Shown: positions 22,580-33,248, numbered from the stretch's first letter. The stretch is DNA of 64,000 bases from Candidatus Freyarchaeum deiterrae (GCA_037305845.1 CP147778.1:2240001-2304000), one strand, 5' to 3'. Notes: generated by a model from the sequence alone, not told the origin. A program made the numbers and translations.

Positions 22580-23707
22580 TTACTTTTTCCTTTTGGCTGA
22601 TGGGAAAGAGCCCATTATTCTGACTTCGCCTGCCTTTTTACTTATATTTTCTATAGCTTCCTTAACTTTAGGATTTTTTCTATGACCTTCCAAATCAACA
22701 AAAAAGATATAGTCTCCAAGAACTTTTTTGGAGGGTCTGGATTCAATCCTTGTGAGATTGATATTTCTGTCTCTGAATTCCTCCAAAACTTCGGCTAAGG
22801 CGCCTGGTCTGTCCTGCAGGAGAAATATCGCTATGGATGTTTTGTCGGAACTTGTTGGTTCGCTGTCTTTAGAGGCTATTATTGCAAATCGGGTTTCATT
22901 CGTCTGTTCATCTTGGATTCCCTCAGCTAGCACGGTCATTCCATACAATCTAGCAGCTGCCAAACTACCTATAGCTGCAATACTCGTATCCTCCTCCTCA
23001 GCAACCATCCTTACTGCTTCCGACGTGCTATGCGTCTCCGAGAGATACGCTTGGGGCAGTTTTTTGGCTAGGAACGTTCTACACTGAGCTAATGCTTGTG
23101 GGTGAGAGTAAACTTTAGTTATCTTATCCAGACTAATTTTTTCTTTCGTAATTAGATTATTGACAATCGGAAGGATAATCTCACCACAAATCTTTGCCTC
23201 ACTCCTCGCTAAGAGATCAAGAGTGATTGTAACAGCTCCCTCCACTGAATTCTCAATAGGAACAATCCCTATGTCAACATGTCCGTTTTCTACAGCAGAA
23301 ATGATACTCCCAAAAGTAGACATAGGAATCAATTCAGCCCCCGTTCCAGAAACATATTCTAAGGCCGCTTCCTCACTGTTGCTTCCTCTAGGCCCCAGAT
23401 AAGCAACTTTTTTAACTTCTCCTCTAACTTCACTCTCAATTCTTCTTCCATAATCAATTATCTCTGAAAAAATCTTGTTAATAAAATTTGGATCCAAACC
23501 CATTTCAGTAGCCGTTTTTTCACTGTTGGTAATTACCTGGGTCTCCCTTTTTTGATCTCGAATTTTTAATTTGAGATTTGACTTTACTTCTGCCAGGTCT
23601 CTGATCTTATCCTTCCTTCGTGATAGAAATTCCACTATCTGTTGGTCTATTTCATCGATTTCCTTTCTAATAGCCATTAATTTATCCCGATTGTTACCCG
23701 AATCCAC
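22580..23707 (-). CDS. pheA: Chorismate mutase / prephenate dehydratase
   Basis: AroQ-like N-terminus, YLGPRGSNSE, PIENSVEG, SHPQALAQC, NETRF, ACT domain with IESRP. Confidence 0.95.
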   Translation of the reverse strand: MDSGNNRDKLMAIRKEIDEIDQQIVEFLSRRKDKIRDLAEVKSNLKLKIRDQKRETQVITNSEKTATEMGLDPNFINKIFSEIIDYGRRIESEVRGEVKKVAYLGPRGSNSEEAALEYVSGTGAELIPMSTFGSIISAVENGHVDIGIVPIENSVEGAVTITLDLLARSEAKICGEIILPIVNNLITKEKISLDKITKVYSHPQALAQCRTFLAKKLPQAYLSETHSTSEAVRMVAEEEDTSIAAIGSLAAARLYGMTVLAEGIQDEQTNETRFAIIASKDSEPTSSDKTSIAIFLLQDRPGALAEVLEEFRDRNINLTRIESRPSKKVLGDYIFFVDLEGHRKNPKVKEAIENISKKAGEVRIMGSFPSAKRKK

Positions 23708-23881
23708 TTCCTACACCAGTTTATGATTTCTGAACGCAAATCCTTTTTATACTTTATTACTTTCTGTTAAGTAATATTAAACCTTAATTCAAAAATAACA
23801 TATTATGCTAAGTTTCTTTTCAATATTAAATATATCTCAGGGTTCATTAACTATCTGGATTAGCATAAATGGTGTCCGAAC

Positions 23882-24658
23882 ATGTGTAAATTACTGGTTC
23901 TGTCAGGGAACAGAGAAGAAGACATGAAAAGTGTATTGGATGTTTTCGTTAAAAAATTCGGTTCCGCAAACCCAGATGGTTGGGGAATAGCTTTTCTAGA
24001 CGAATCGACGAATTTGTACCATATTAAAAAAGTCTACGAAAAAGACCGGAAACTTCTAGAGGATACCTTCTTTCGATCCTTTAAAAAAATAAAAACCAAA
24101 ACATTAATCGCTCACTTGCGAAAAGCATCAATCGGCTCAAAATGTCTAGAAAACTGCCACCCCTTCGAAAACCAAATAGATGGGCACCAATTTATTTTTA
24201 TGCATAATGGCTCTGTGTGGCCAAGAAGGGTTCTTGAGTCCAAACTGGTTAACCATAAACCGAAGTCGATGGACCCAACGGATTCTGAGTTAATTTTTTG
24301 CCATATTCTGGACGTATTAGAAGAAAATGGAGTAAATCTGAACTCATGGCGGGATATGGTTGCGGCAATTAACGAAATAATTTTGGCAATCCGTTCGGAG
24401 TCTCTTATCACCAAACTAAATTTTGTACTAGCTGACAGGAATTACGTATACTGCTACAACTTCGATGAGCTGCAATATTCACAGATAGAAGGGAACATAG
24501 AAAGCAATTCTTTCAGTAAAAAACAGAATACCTTCTCTAAAGATGGGAAAATCGTTGTGTGTAGCAGACCATTATTCGAAAATATCCAATGGGAACCACT
24601 TCCTCAAAAGAGTAACATGGTTCTGCATAATGGTGAAATAATATTTATTTCAAGATAA
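23882..24658 (+). CDS. Class II glutamine amidotransferase (YafJ/EgtC-like)
   Basis: N-terminal Cys (MCKL), NPDGWGIA, HLRKAS, NCHPF, HNG, TDSE. Confidence 0.88.
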   Translation: MCKLLVLSGNREEDMKSVLDVFVKKFGSANPDGWGIAFLDESTNLYHIKKVYEKDRKLLEDTFFRSFKKIKTKTLIAHLRKASIGSKCLENCHPFENQIDGHQFIFMHNGSVWPRRVLESKLVNHKPKSMDPTDSELIFCHILDVLEENGVNLNSWRDMVAAINEIILAIRSESLITKLNFVLADRNYVYCYNFDELQYSQIEGNIESNSFSKKQNTFSKDGKIVVCSRPLFENIQWEPLPQKSNMVLHNGEIIFISR

Positions 24659-24822
24659 AAGGTTAAATTCTACGTGGCTTATATTTAAATTAAAATTACA
24701 AAAAATAATTATTATATGGATGAAACCTATATTTGTAATAACCGTTACTATAAATTGCTGATATTGAATTATCCATAAGCTGAATCACAATAAATAATCA
24801 ACATTTTAGGAGTGTAAAAAGT

Positions 24823-26109
24823 TTGAAAGCTCTGGTGCTGGCTGGAGGAGCAGGTAAAAGACTCTTTCCTATAACTGAAACTCTTGCTAAACCCATGATT
24901 CCACTGGCGGGAAAACCCATACTAGAATATGTAATACAGTACTTGGTTAATAACAACTTGAGGGATATTATACTCGTAGTGGGGCACAAAAAAGAGCAGA
25001 TCTTGGAACACTTCGGTTCCGGAAGGGAATTCGGAGCAAATATAACCTATGTTGAACAAAGCAAACCAATTGGAATTGAGGACGCAATTCTCACCGCTTC
25101 ACCCCAATTAGAAGATGAGAGCGAATTCTTAATTGCCCATGCTGATTTTGTTGCTTCTGATGAAATAATTAAAAGAGCTATAGAGTATCACAATGGTTTA
25201 GACTCGGATGCCACTATAGTGATAACATTAGTTGATGACCCAACTTTGTATGGGGCTGTACAAATTGATGAAAACGCCAAAATAAACAGGATTATTGAGA
25301 AACCTAAAAAAGATGAGGCTCCAAGCAACTATGCGGCTGCGGGAGTGTACATCTTTAAAGAGGGGTTCCTAAAGAAACTAAAAACAGAAAAAAAATTTGA
25401 CGAAGCTGTACAGTCAATGATTCGCGAGGGTAAAACCATATATGGTATGGTTTGGGAAAAGGATTGGACCCCGGTAACCTATCCTTGGGACATTCTGGAG
25501 GCTAACCGATTCTCCCTAGCTCAAAAACTTAAGGGCAAGGGATCCTTTATTGCGGAGAGCGCGCAAATTGATAGCACCGCAAAAATCGAGGCCCCCGTTT
25601 GGATCTCTGATGACGCCATAATACGACCAAGAGCAGTTATACGAGGGCCGAGCTTTATTGGTCGTGACAGCTTCGTCGGTGACGGGGCCTTAATAAGAGA
25701 CCATACCTCGATAGGAGAGCATGTTTCTATAGGATTCGGTGTGGAAGTAAAAAACAGTATAATCTTTGACAACACAGTCGTTGGAAGATTAAGCTACATA
25801 GGTGAAAGCATAATAGGAAAAAACGTTAAAATAGGCGCGGGAACCCAGACTTGGAACGTTAGAATGAGGGGAGGCCCACCAATTGAAATGAACCTTAATA
25901 ATGAAAAGGTTCCTGTACCTGTAGAACGGTTTGGTACAATTGTGGGAGAGAACACGGAAATAAGTATTAATGTATCAATATATCCCGGCAAAAAAATCGG
26001 TGCAGGATCAACGGTATTTCCAGGAGTGATAGTTAATCAAGATATTCCTTCGAATTCTGACGTTGTAGCCGAACAACAAATTAAAATCTCCACAAAAAAG
26101 AATCAATAA
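24823..26109 (+). CDS. Sugar-phosphate nucleotidyltransferase with left-handed beta-helix (archaeal GlmU-like)
   Basis: LAGGAGKRLFP.T..LAKPMIP, IEKP, hexapeptide repeats. Confidence 0.88.
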   Translation: MKALVLAGGAGKRLFPITETLAKPMIPLAGKPILEYVIQYLVNNNLRDIILVVGHKKEQILEHFGSGREFGANITYVEQSKPIGIEDAILTASPQLEDESEFLIAHADFVASDEIIKRAIEYHNGLDSDATIVITLVDDPTLYGAVQIDENAKINRIIEKPKKDEAPSNYAAAGVYIFKEGFLKKLKTEKKFDEAVQSMIREGKTIYGMVWEKDWTPVTYPWDILEANRFSLAQKLKGKGSFIAESAQIDSTAKIEAPVWISDDAIIRPRAVIRGPSFIGRDSFVGDGALIRDHTSIGEHVSIGFGVEVKNSIIFDNTVVGRLSYIGESIIGKNVKIGAGTQTWNVRMRGGPPIEMNLNNEKVPVPVERFGTIVGENTEISINVSIYPGKKIGAGSTVFPGVIVNQDIPSNSDVVAEQQIKISTKKNQ

Positions 26110-26118
26110 ACTGGTTAA

Positions 26119-26760
26119 TTGGAAACCAAAAATATTGTGATGCATATGTCGGTGTCTATGTTTTATCAAAAACTAGAGGAGGATGTCAAAAAGGTAAACG
26201 AACTGGAAAAAAAGGGTGATTTCAAAACTGCGGCGAAAAAGTGGGTCGAAATAGCCGAGTATTGTTTGTCATTTGCTAAATCCGAATATGCTTCTGAGGA
26301 AGTTAAAAAGAATCTTATTGAGAAATCCGAGGGTTACATAGAGCATGCTAAAATGCTTAGGCTAAAACCGGTTCCTCTAAAAGGAACCATAGAAGAAAGC
26401 TCATTTGGAATAGATTACATAGAAAAGGCTTTGGATGAAAAGTCGCAAGCCGATAAACAATGGATGGCATTTGACATAAGCTCCTATATAGTGACTATGT
26501 ACCGCGTAATAGAAAAGTTGCTTTTTCATGTTTACATTTCCAAAACGGGCAATCTCCCCCGCCTTGATGCCAAGTTTACGTCTCTCGCAAAATGGGCATA
26601 CCAAAATGGAATAATAAACGATCATCCGGATAACATGGAATTTGTCAGGCTACTTTATGAAAAAGTAACAAAAAAATCTCAAAAAGTAACTAATGAACAT
26701 GCTATGGAAGCGAGAGAGATAATGGAAAGAGTGTATAAGGAATTGTGTAAAAATATTTGA
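26119..26760 (+). CDS. MIT-domain protein with helical (HEPN-like) C-terminal domain
   Basis: VNELEKKGDFKTAAKKW.E..E......K......K..LIEKSEGYIEHAKML three-helix MIT pattern. Start uncertain. Confidence 0.65.
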   Translation: METKNIVMHMSVSMFYQKLEEDVKKVNELEKKGDFKTAAKKWVEIAEYCLSFAKSEYASEEVKKNLIEKSEGYIEHAKMLRLKPVPLKGTIEESSFGIDYIEKALDEKSQADKQWMAFDISSYIVTMYRVIEKLLFHVYISKTGNLPRLDAKFTSLAKWAYQNGIINDHPDNMEFVRLLYEKVTKKSQKVTNEHAMEAREIMERVYKELCKNI

Positions 26761-26777
26761 ACAAAAGTAGCTTATTT

Positions 26778-27482
26778 TTACTTCTTTTTCCAAGCTTTCT
26801 TCATTTCCTCTGAAGAGGCCAGTCTAAAGTTCTTTGTTTTCACATCTATAATTCCTATGTCTATATCCTCAGGATTAAGTTCTTCGGAAACTTCTCTCAG
26901 TGTGCTTATTGCGAGTTTCATCATTTCCTCTATAGGCATATCCTCTTTGTAACCTGCTTTTAGAAGGTCCATGGCCTTAGACTCGTTAGCTCCAACCGTT
27001 GAAGCTTTAGTTTTGGTTATCGCCCCTGAGGTGTCTAAAATAACTATCTCTGATTCGGAGTTTTCATTCACTCCTCCAAAAATTAATGAACACCCAAATG
27101 GACGCGTTCCTCCCTCTACCGTGAGGCGTTGCATAAGACGTCCTATTCTTTCTGCAAGGACACCAACATCAATGGTTTCGCTATAGGTCACTCTATAAGA
27201 CTGAGCTAAGGTTCGTGCTTTATCAATCAAAAATCTCGAATCCGACATATATCCTGCACTTGTTACTCCTATGTGGTCATCGATTTTGAAAACCTTTTCA
27301 TGAGACTCAAGTAACTTACTCTGAGTTTTTACCACCCCCGCTAATATAGCGCCCTTATCTGTTTTCATTCCCAGGGCTGGTGCTCCTTTCTTTACTGCTT
27401 CGCTGGCATACTCTACTTGAATTATACGGCCTTCGGGGGAGTACATGGTACTGCTTTTGTCATAATCTTCTCCTTCTGACAT
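26778..27482 (-). CDS. psmA: Proteasome alpha-type subunit
   Basis: YD...TMYSPEGRIIQVEYASEAV, KVFKIDDHIG, RPFGCSLIFGG. Confidence 0.9.
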   Translation of the reverse strand: MSEGEDYDKSSTMYSPEGRIIQVEYASEAVKKGAPALGMKTDKGAILAGVVKTQSKLLESHEKVFKIDDHIGVTSAGYMSDSRFLIDKARTLAQSYRVTYSETIDVGVLAERIGRLMQRLTVEGGTRPFGCSLIFGGVNENSESEIVILDTSGAITKTKASTVGANESKAMDLLKAGYKEDMPIEEMMKLAISTLREVSEELNPEDIDIGIIDVKTKNFRLASSEEMKKAWKKK

Positions 27483-27733
27483 TACCTGCTGCCTCCTACC
27501 TGTTAACTTAAACCTTATAGGAATTAAACGTTTCTAAATATTTCTCGTAAGCATTTACGATATCCTCCCCCTCCACTGTTTTTAATTTTTGTGGAAAAGG
27601 AATCCTCTTGGTGCGAAAGTTTTCTTGGGTGATATTCAGATAACCTATGGGTATGCTCTTCAACTCTACGTGGATAATAGTCACTAAGATAAATGCGCTT
27701 CGAGAGGTTCTTTTTAAAGGCGGTGGGATCAAT

Positions 27734-29245
27734 TTGATCTCCTCGGAAAGATTCAAGTGCATTTTTTGTGGGAATTCGGAAGTAGCTTATTATTGTGAAG
27801 AATGTAAAAGATCCTTTTGTATCAGCTGTGCTAAAGAGAAAAAAGAAGAATATTTCTTCTGCGGGTCTTGTGGTTCAAAAGAAATAAATCTAGAAGAAAA
27901 CAAAAATTCGAAGAAAGGTTGTCAAGATTGTGGTTCAATTTATATTAGGAAAGGTACTAAAAAATGGAAGTTATGTCCTAATTGTAATTCTAGTATAGTT
28001 AAAAGTATACAGGATAAGGCGACTGAACTTCAAAAGATTATTAATGAGAATGTTAACGCCTTAATTTATGGACATGAATTATTAAAAGATTTTTCGAGGA
28101 GACTTAAAGAAACTAGAAGTAAACTGGTTTTTCTAAGGCATAGAGGATATTTTCATTACCCACAAATGGAAGAAACTGTAATTTTCCTCTTTCAAGAAAT
28201 TGTTCCGATAAAAAAGAAGGTTGAAGCACGGGCTCAACAGGTCTTGAACGTGGTTAAGTCACAACTTATAGACTTTTCTTATCCCGACAATTGGAGTCCG
28301 CATAATTTTCCTCAAATACAGACAGCAATAGATAGGATATCCGCAGATGTCGAAGAGTATAAAACTTATGTAAAAGAACTTTTGGCTTTGCCTGAAAAAA
28401 ATCTAGAGTCTGTTACTTCTACCGTAAAACTACTAAATCATCATTTCAACTTTTTTGAAGAGCATAGAGAAAAAATAGACTTGGAAATCAGCGAAAGACC
28501 CGTGGCGGCCATACCCGGAGTAAAATATGTAGGCAGCTCTTTTCTAAGTTTAGATACGGCTAATGGTATACTTTTATTCACGGATAAAAGGTTGATATTC
28601 ATCAGAGAGAAGGGTATGCGAAACAAGTCCTATTTGAAGCATTTTGAATTTCCGCTAAAAGCTTTTCAAATTGGGAAGGAAGGATCTATTCGAAAAAAAG
28701 TCTTTTTCGAGAGTCTACAGGGAGACCTAAAATTCACTGCTCCCCAAAATATTCTTGAAGCAATTGAAAAGTATACGGAATTAGCTAAAAACTTTGATAA
28801 GAACTCTATAAATGAAAAGAATCAAACAAAGTTAGAAGGCCTAGAAATAATCCTTGACGACCTAAAAAAAGAGTTGAACAAAAAAATTCAGAGCATTTTC
28901 ACTCCAAGAGTTAAAGATTCAAGCCAAGAGTTAACCCCGAAACTGATTAATCCTGATTTAGCTAATAGACCTATTCAAAGAGCAAAAGGTAGATTGCCTG
29001 TATATAACAATTTTCAGGATCCCAGCATGGACGAATTGAGAAACAAGGAAATATCTCACTGGCAAAGTAAAAAATTTTCCGACGAGCAGCTTCTCAAAAA
29101 AAATGATGAACTATGGAAGCGTGGAGAAATCCCCGCGGAAGATTATTTTAAAAGAATAAAAACCATTCACGAGGAACTCTATCTCATAGATAAGAAATTG
29201 AAGGAACTTGGAATTCAAAATGAAACCATTGAAACAAGCTCTTGA
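27734..29245 (+). CDS. Multi-Zn-finger + coiled coil + PH-like domain + C-terminal steadiness-box-like helix pair
   Basis: Repeated CxxC pairs; GILLFTDKRLIF (PH-like); LWKRGEIPAEDYFKRIKTIHEELYL resembles the Vps23/TSG101 steadiness box. Start TTG after GGTGG. Confidence 0.6.
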   Translation: MISSERFKCIFCGNSEVAYYCEECKRSFCISCAKEKKEEYFFCGSCGSKEINLEENKNSKKGCQDCGSIYIRKGTKKWKLCPNCNSSIVKSIQDKATELQKIINENVNALIYGHELLKDFSRRLKETRSKLVFLRHRGYFHYPQMEETVIFLFQEIVPIKKKVEARAQQVLNVVKSQLIDFSYPDNWSPHNFPQIQTAIDRISADVEEYKTYVKELLALPEKNLESVTSTVKLLNHHFNFFEEHREKIDLEISERPVAAIPGVKYVGSSFLSLDTANGILLFTDKRLIFIREKGMRNKSYLKHFEFPLKAFQIGKEGSIRKKVFFESLQGDLKFTAPQNILEAIEKYTELAKNFDKNSINEKNQTKLEGLEIILDDLKKELNKKIQSIFTPRVKDSSQELTPKLINPDLANRPIQRAKGRLPVYNNFQDPSMDELRNKEISHWQSKKFSDEQLLKKNDELWKRGEIPAEDYFKRIKTIHEELYLIDKKLKELGIQNETIETSS

Positions 29246-29315
29246 ACGATTGCCTACTGAACAAGGATATAACATATTCTCCTCGTTTTCTGAAAATTAT
29301 GTAAAAGTGGTTTTT

Positions 29316-29558
29316 CTACTTCTCTTTTTCTTTGGGTTTCTTGGAACTGTCTAATTCTTTTTTCAGGTCTTCCAGTTCGGACGCTAACGATGATTTCTCT
29401 GCTATTGTATCGGTTTGTGGTACCTTGGGTTCTTCTACTCCTTCTAGAGCAATTTCTGCCTCAAGGCGGTTGAGTTCACGGTCAATATCTCCGGTTTCCT
29501 CTACACCCATTTCTGTGGGTGTTGCCAAAATCTCTGAGCTTCTCTCTATTTCATGCAA
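29316..29558 (-). pseudogene. Duplicated 3' fragment of the snf7 gene
   Basis: Colinear with 31448-31690; ~24 nt differences counted by eye, only 2 amino-acid changes; no 5' part. Confidence 0.8.
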
Positions 29559-29997
29559 TTACATAATGTTTTAACACTATTCTATAAAAACCTCCCACCA
29601 ATAAGTTGAGACTTTCACCCATTGTTCTATCTGGAGAATCTCTCTCGAGATATGTAATTTTTGACCGATTTTTTACACATTTTTTGCATACGATAATTTC
29701 ACAGTAAATCCCCCCTCTTTTTATACCAGGAAGCAAGAATCCCATAAAACTCTGAAATTGTATTTTCTTTCCAATTTTTCTTTAAACGTTAGATTACTAA
29801 TTTCATATTCGATTAAAATTATTACGGAAATGGAAACAATTAATAAAATTACAAGAGCCCCGGGCCATGGTTCTGGATTAGCAGGATCAAGGGCTTCATA
29901 GTTACTATTAATTTGATAATTGAGGAATATCGAAAGTATTTGATTTATTACTTCAAATCTAGCACACAAACATGAGACCAAGAGCTGACCACACGCG

Positions 29998-30438
29998 CTA
30001 GCCGTGGGTCGAGGACTCGTTCAGGCTAACAGCAGCTCGAATGAGGGTCGCGAAAGCCTTCTCATCGATTTCATCGTCCTCGTGGAAGTCGATTGCGCGC
30101 CGGGTGTTGCCTTTGAGGCTTGAGTTGAACAGTCCCGAAGGGTCCTTCAGCGAGGCCCCCTTGAAGAATGTAAGTTTCACGACGCTCTTGTACGTCTCGC
30201 CGGTGCAGATCGGACCTTGGTGAGACCACACCGGAACCCCTGGATGAGAAGGCTTTCTCCACTTCCACTCCTCCACCACCTCAGGGTCGGCTTGCTTGAT
30301 CAGAGCGCGAATCTGCGACAGCTTCTTTCCGCGCCAATCATCGAGCTCCCTTATCCTCGCGTCTATCAGCTGAGATGGAGACTCAACATCCGGCGAGCTA
30401 CCCTTCTTCTTCATTTTGCCATTCATTAGTATACCCAA
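29998..30438 (-). CDS. DUF1801 (YdhG-like) family protein, bacterial-like
   Basis: DWRG..L..IRALI..ADPEVVEEWKW..GVPVWS..G.ICTGETYK..VKLTF.KGA.L.DP.GLFNSSL.GNTRRAID; GC-richer than the flanks. Confidence 0.85.
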   Translation of the reverse strand: MGILMNGKMKKKGSSPDVESPSQLIDARIRELDDWRGKKLSQIRALIKQADPEVVEEWKWRKPSHPGVPVWSHQGPICTGETYKSVVKLTFFKGASLKDPSGLFNSSLKGNTRRAIDFHEDDEIDEKAFATLIRAAVSLNESSTHG

Positions 30439-30734
30439 AACCTACACGTAGTATACCCTTTTACGCCTTTCTAAAACCGATCGGTCGCATAACCTCCCTT
30501 GTCAGCCAGACCGCACCATTTACGCGTAACGTGCCTTTAGGCGCACGTTCAGTAGAAAACTACCTTAGAGACCCACCCCACGTTTAATGTGAAAATCCTC
30601 GTTAGTAGTAGTGTAGTTTTATTTTTAACTTTTATTTTATATGTTATGTTGTTTGATTTAGGTCATATATATAATAAGAGCCAAGTTCACGTAAAGTCTG
30701 CCCCCTCCCCCTTTCCTAATTGTTCCCCTGGCAC

Positions 30735-31106
30735 CCAGACCGTAGAATCACTCAAACAAACACTAAGGAACAAAAATAATCAGGTTACAAGAGAAGCGAT
30801 AGAAACCCTCGGAAACACAAAAGACCCCCAAGCAGTAAACCCCCTCCTCAGAATCGTCCTAAACCCCAACGAAAAAATGGAGACCAAAATAAAAGCAGTA
30901 GAAGCCCTCGGAAACATAGGAGACCAAAGAGCACTAGAACCACTATACGAAGTCCTAAACGAAGAATACGGTGAAACCCCAGAAGGAAAATACAACCCGG
31001 TATACCAATCGACCAGCAAACCGAAAAATGGAACGAAGAATTCCCAATACACGAAGAAATGGTGGAAACCATAAGAGAAGCCATACAGCGAATCGAAGAA
31101 CCATAA
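30735..31106 (+). pseudogene. HEAT/PBS-lyase repeat protein fragment with frameshift
   Basis: AIETLGN..DPQAVNPLL and AVEALGNIGDQRALEPL. Continues in another frame near 30998 (GIPIDQQ..EEMVETIREAIQRIEEP*); no clear start. Confidence 0.6.
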
Positions 31107-31447
31107 TAACCAACAATAAGAAAAAAATTAGTTACCATATAACAAACAAATCATCGATGCAACACCTAAAAATCCTTAAAATCCCTTTTTACAGTCGAAT
31201 GAACATAGAAACTAAACACAACACTCTTTAAACCTATTTCTTGCAGATTTGAGAACCCTTTCCTTTAGTGGGGTTGCGAAGCTTTCTATCATCACATTTC
31301 GAATTTTTGAGAGAAAAAGCATATTAAGCAAGTGAAAAATGCAATAACACTGTCGAATACATAAGAAAAACACAATTAATCAAATAGCCTCGTAGAATCT
31401 GCGAAATATCGGTTCGGTTTAAAAGAAAAGATGCAAAAATGGTTGCT

Positions 31448-32086
31448 CTACTTTTCTTTCTCCTTGGGTTTCTTGGAAGTATCTAACTCTTTTTTCAGGT
31501 CTTCTAGTTCAGATGCTAGCGATGATTTCTCCGCTATTGTATCGGTTTGTGGTACCTTGGGTTCTTCAACCCCTTCCAGGGCGATCTCCGCCTCAAGGCG
31601 GTTGAGTTCACGGTCAACATCTCCGGTTTCCTCTACACCCATTTCCGTGGGCGTTGCCAAAATCTCTGAGCTTCTCTCAATCTCGTGCATGTCTTCTTCT
31701 TGCTTGATCATCATTTCGAGTATCTCTTCTGAGTTAGCTAGTTTTCGCGCATTATCAAGTTCTACTCCTGCTAGTTGAAATGCGCCTTTGAGCTCTGAGA
31801 CATCATGAGCTTCCTCAATGGCAATCAGCCTAGTCTCAAGATTCTCTATGAACGCCGTGTACTTGCCCAGGAAGTTCTCGTATCTTCTATATTTTCTAAG
31901 AGAAAAGGTAGCCATATTCCTGTTACCCATTTTTAGGTACTGTTTCGCTTTAGTCCTCTCTTCAATCGCTTTTCTCTCATAGTTACGTGAACGCAAAGTT
32001 AGCCTGTTGATATTACCCCTTAGCGATGCGATTATCTCATCCTTGTCCTTTGGCCTTTTTCCAAAAAGTATATCCTTAAAGCTCAT
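31448..32086 (-). CDS. ESCRT-III Snf7/Vps20/32/60-like subunit
   Basis: LFGK N-terminus, AKQYLKMGNR..A...LRK, NLETRLIAIEEA, acidic C-terminus DVDRELNRLEAE. Confidence 0.85.
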   Translation of the reverse strand: MSFKDILFGKRPKDKDEIIASLRGNINRLTLRSRNYERKAIEERTKAKQYLKMGNRNMATFSLRKYRRYENFLGKYTAFIENLETRLIAIEEAHDVSELKGAFQLAGVELDNARKLANSEEILEMMIKQEEDMHEIERSSEILATPTEMGVEETGDVDRELNRLEAEIALEGVEEPKVPQTDTIAEKSSLASELEDLKKELDTSKKPKEKEK

Positions 32087-32180
32087 ATTATTCTCCTCTA
32101 TGCTAATTCACTCATAGATTTTCTACTAATATAATGATTTAAATCATTTATTAAATTCTCCCCTTTAGGCATTTCATATC

Positions 32181-33248
32181 CTATCCGTATATACGGCTTA
32201 TTTCTCTTTTTCTAGTCTCTATGAATTCGATAAATTCTTCTAGTGAGGGATCCTCCTCAGCCTCTTCAGAAACTAATTCCGCCATACTGATTAATGAAGC
32301 TGCTACATGTGTACGAGCAGGCTCAGATTTTATTTCAGGCTTAATAAGCGATACTATTCTTTTTTCGAAGTCTTTTAACGTAAGAACCTTATCCACAAGT
32401 AACATAAAAGATTCTGTTATTCCCTTCTCTAATTCCTGTTTCTCATCCAATACTCCATTCGCTGCAAGATTTTTAAGCGCGGGGCTCACAATATCCCTCC
32501 TAAACCAATCAAAGAGTACACCCTTTTTACTGGAAGGTGGAAGAAAGCTTGAAACAGGGGAACTAATGGTTTTTGGTTCTTTCTTAGCGTATTCCGCCAC
32601 TTTATTAGTATTTAAAGTTTTAATAGTTTCCATCGCAGCTAGTATTAGAGAGGTCACCCCTAAAACAACTTCTCTCCTACTGTAGTGTTCTAACATTTTT
32701 TTAAGAGCCTGTGAAGTTTCTTCAAAAGAAACGCCCCCCGATATAAACGATTTAAAAAGCTCCAAAATCATACCTCTTGTCTCAAGAGCTTCACTAAAGC
32801 TAACACTATCCAGAGTTAAAATTCGATACGCCGAGTCTAAAACCTGTTTATCAAACCATCTCACCACTATATACTCCTCTGTTAACCTCTTCAGATCTTC
32901 TGGAACAAGTTTCTCCTCGGTATCTTCTAAAGCGCTACATAGTTGCGAGGCGAAGGTTTCAAAAACTGAAGATACGTAAGCACGTAGCGTTTCATCCAGT
33001 TTAAGCCTTGATAACATCTTATCGACGTTTTTTTGAAACTGGGATTTGGAACCTTTTCTTTCTAAGTAGTTTTTGAAATGTGGGAATATTTCATCCTTCA
33101 TTAGTTGGGATTCTTCAGGAGTCAGATTAGTTGTGATGTTGTCTAGAACACCGAAAACTACATAGTCAAAAAACTCTCTTAAAATTTTCAAATTTTTTTC
33201 CGAATCAAAAATGGCGACCATGGTTGGCTTCACCGGAGGGTCATTCAA
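32181..33248 (-). CDS. Hypothetical all-alpha protein with three ~100-aa internal repeats
   Basis: 355-aa ORF overlapping the upstream ATPase stop; recurring F/W..(V)L and F..F.......F...(V/L)..(M/L)L segments. Confidence 0.7.
   Translation of the reverse strand: MNDPPVKPTMVAIFDSEKNLKILREFFDYVVFGVLDNITTNLTPEESQLMKDEIFPHFKNYLERKGSKSQFQKNVDKMLSRLKLDETLRAYVSSVFETFASQLCSALEDTEEKLVPEDLKRLTEEYIVVRWFDKQVLDSAYRILTLDSVSFSEALETRGMILELFKSFISGGVSFEETSQALKKMLEHYSRREVVLGVTSLILAAMETIKTLNTNKVAEYAKKEPKTISSPVSSFLPPSSKKGVLFDWFRRDIVSPALKNLAANGVLDEKQELEKGITESFMLLVDKVLTLKDFEKRIVSLIKPEIKSEPARTHVAASLISMAELVSEEAEEDPSLEEFIEFIETRKREISRIYG

Noticed and set aside
29551-29981. Two short minus-strand ORFs in the snf7-bracketed patch
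   Set aside because: No recognisable family or clear start; probably debris, so not called.
30990-31020. Frameshift in the HEAT-repeat ORF as a possible intron
   Set aside because: No inserted sequence or BHB; it looks like a 1-nt deletion in a fragment that also lacks a start.
31244-31285. GAGAACCCTTTCCTTTAGTGGGGTT resembling an IS605 right-end hairpin
   Set aside because: Too short and degenerate to support without a search.
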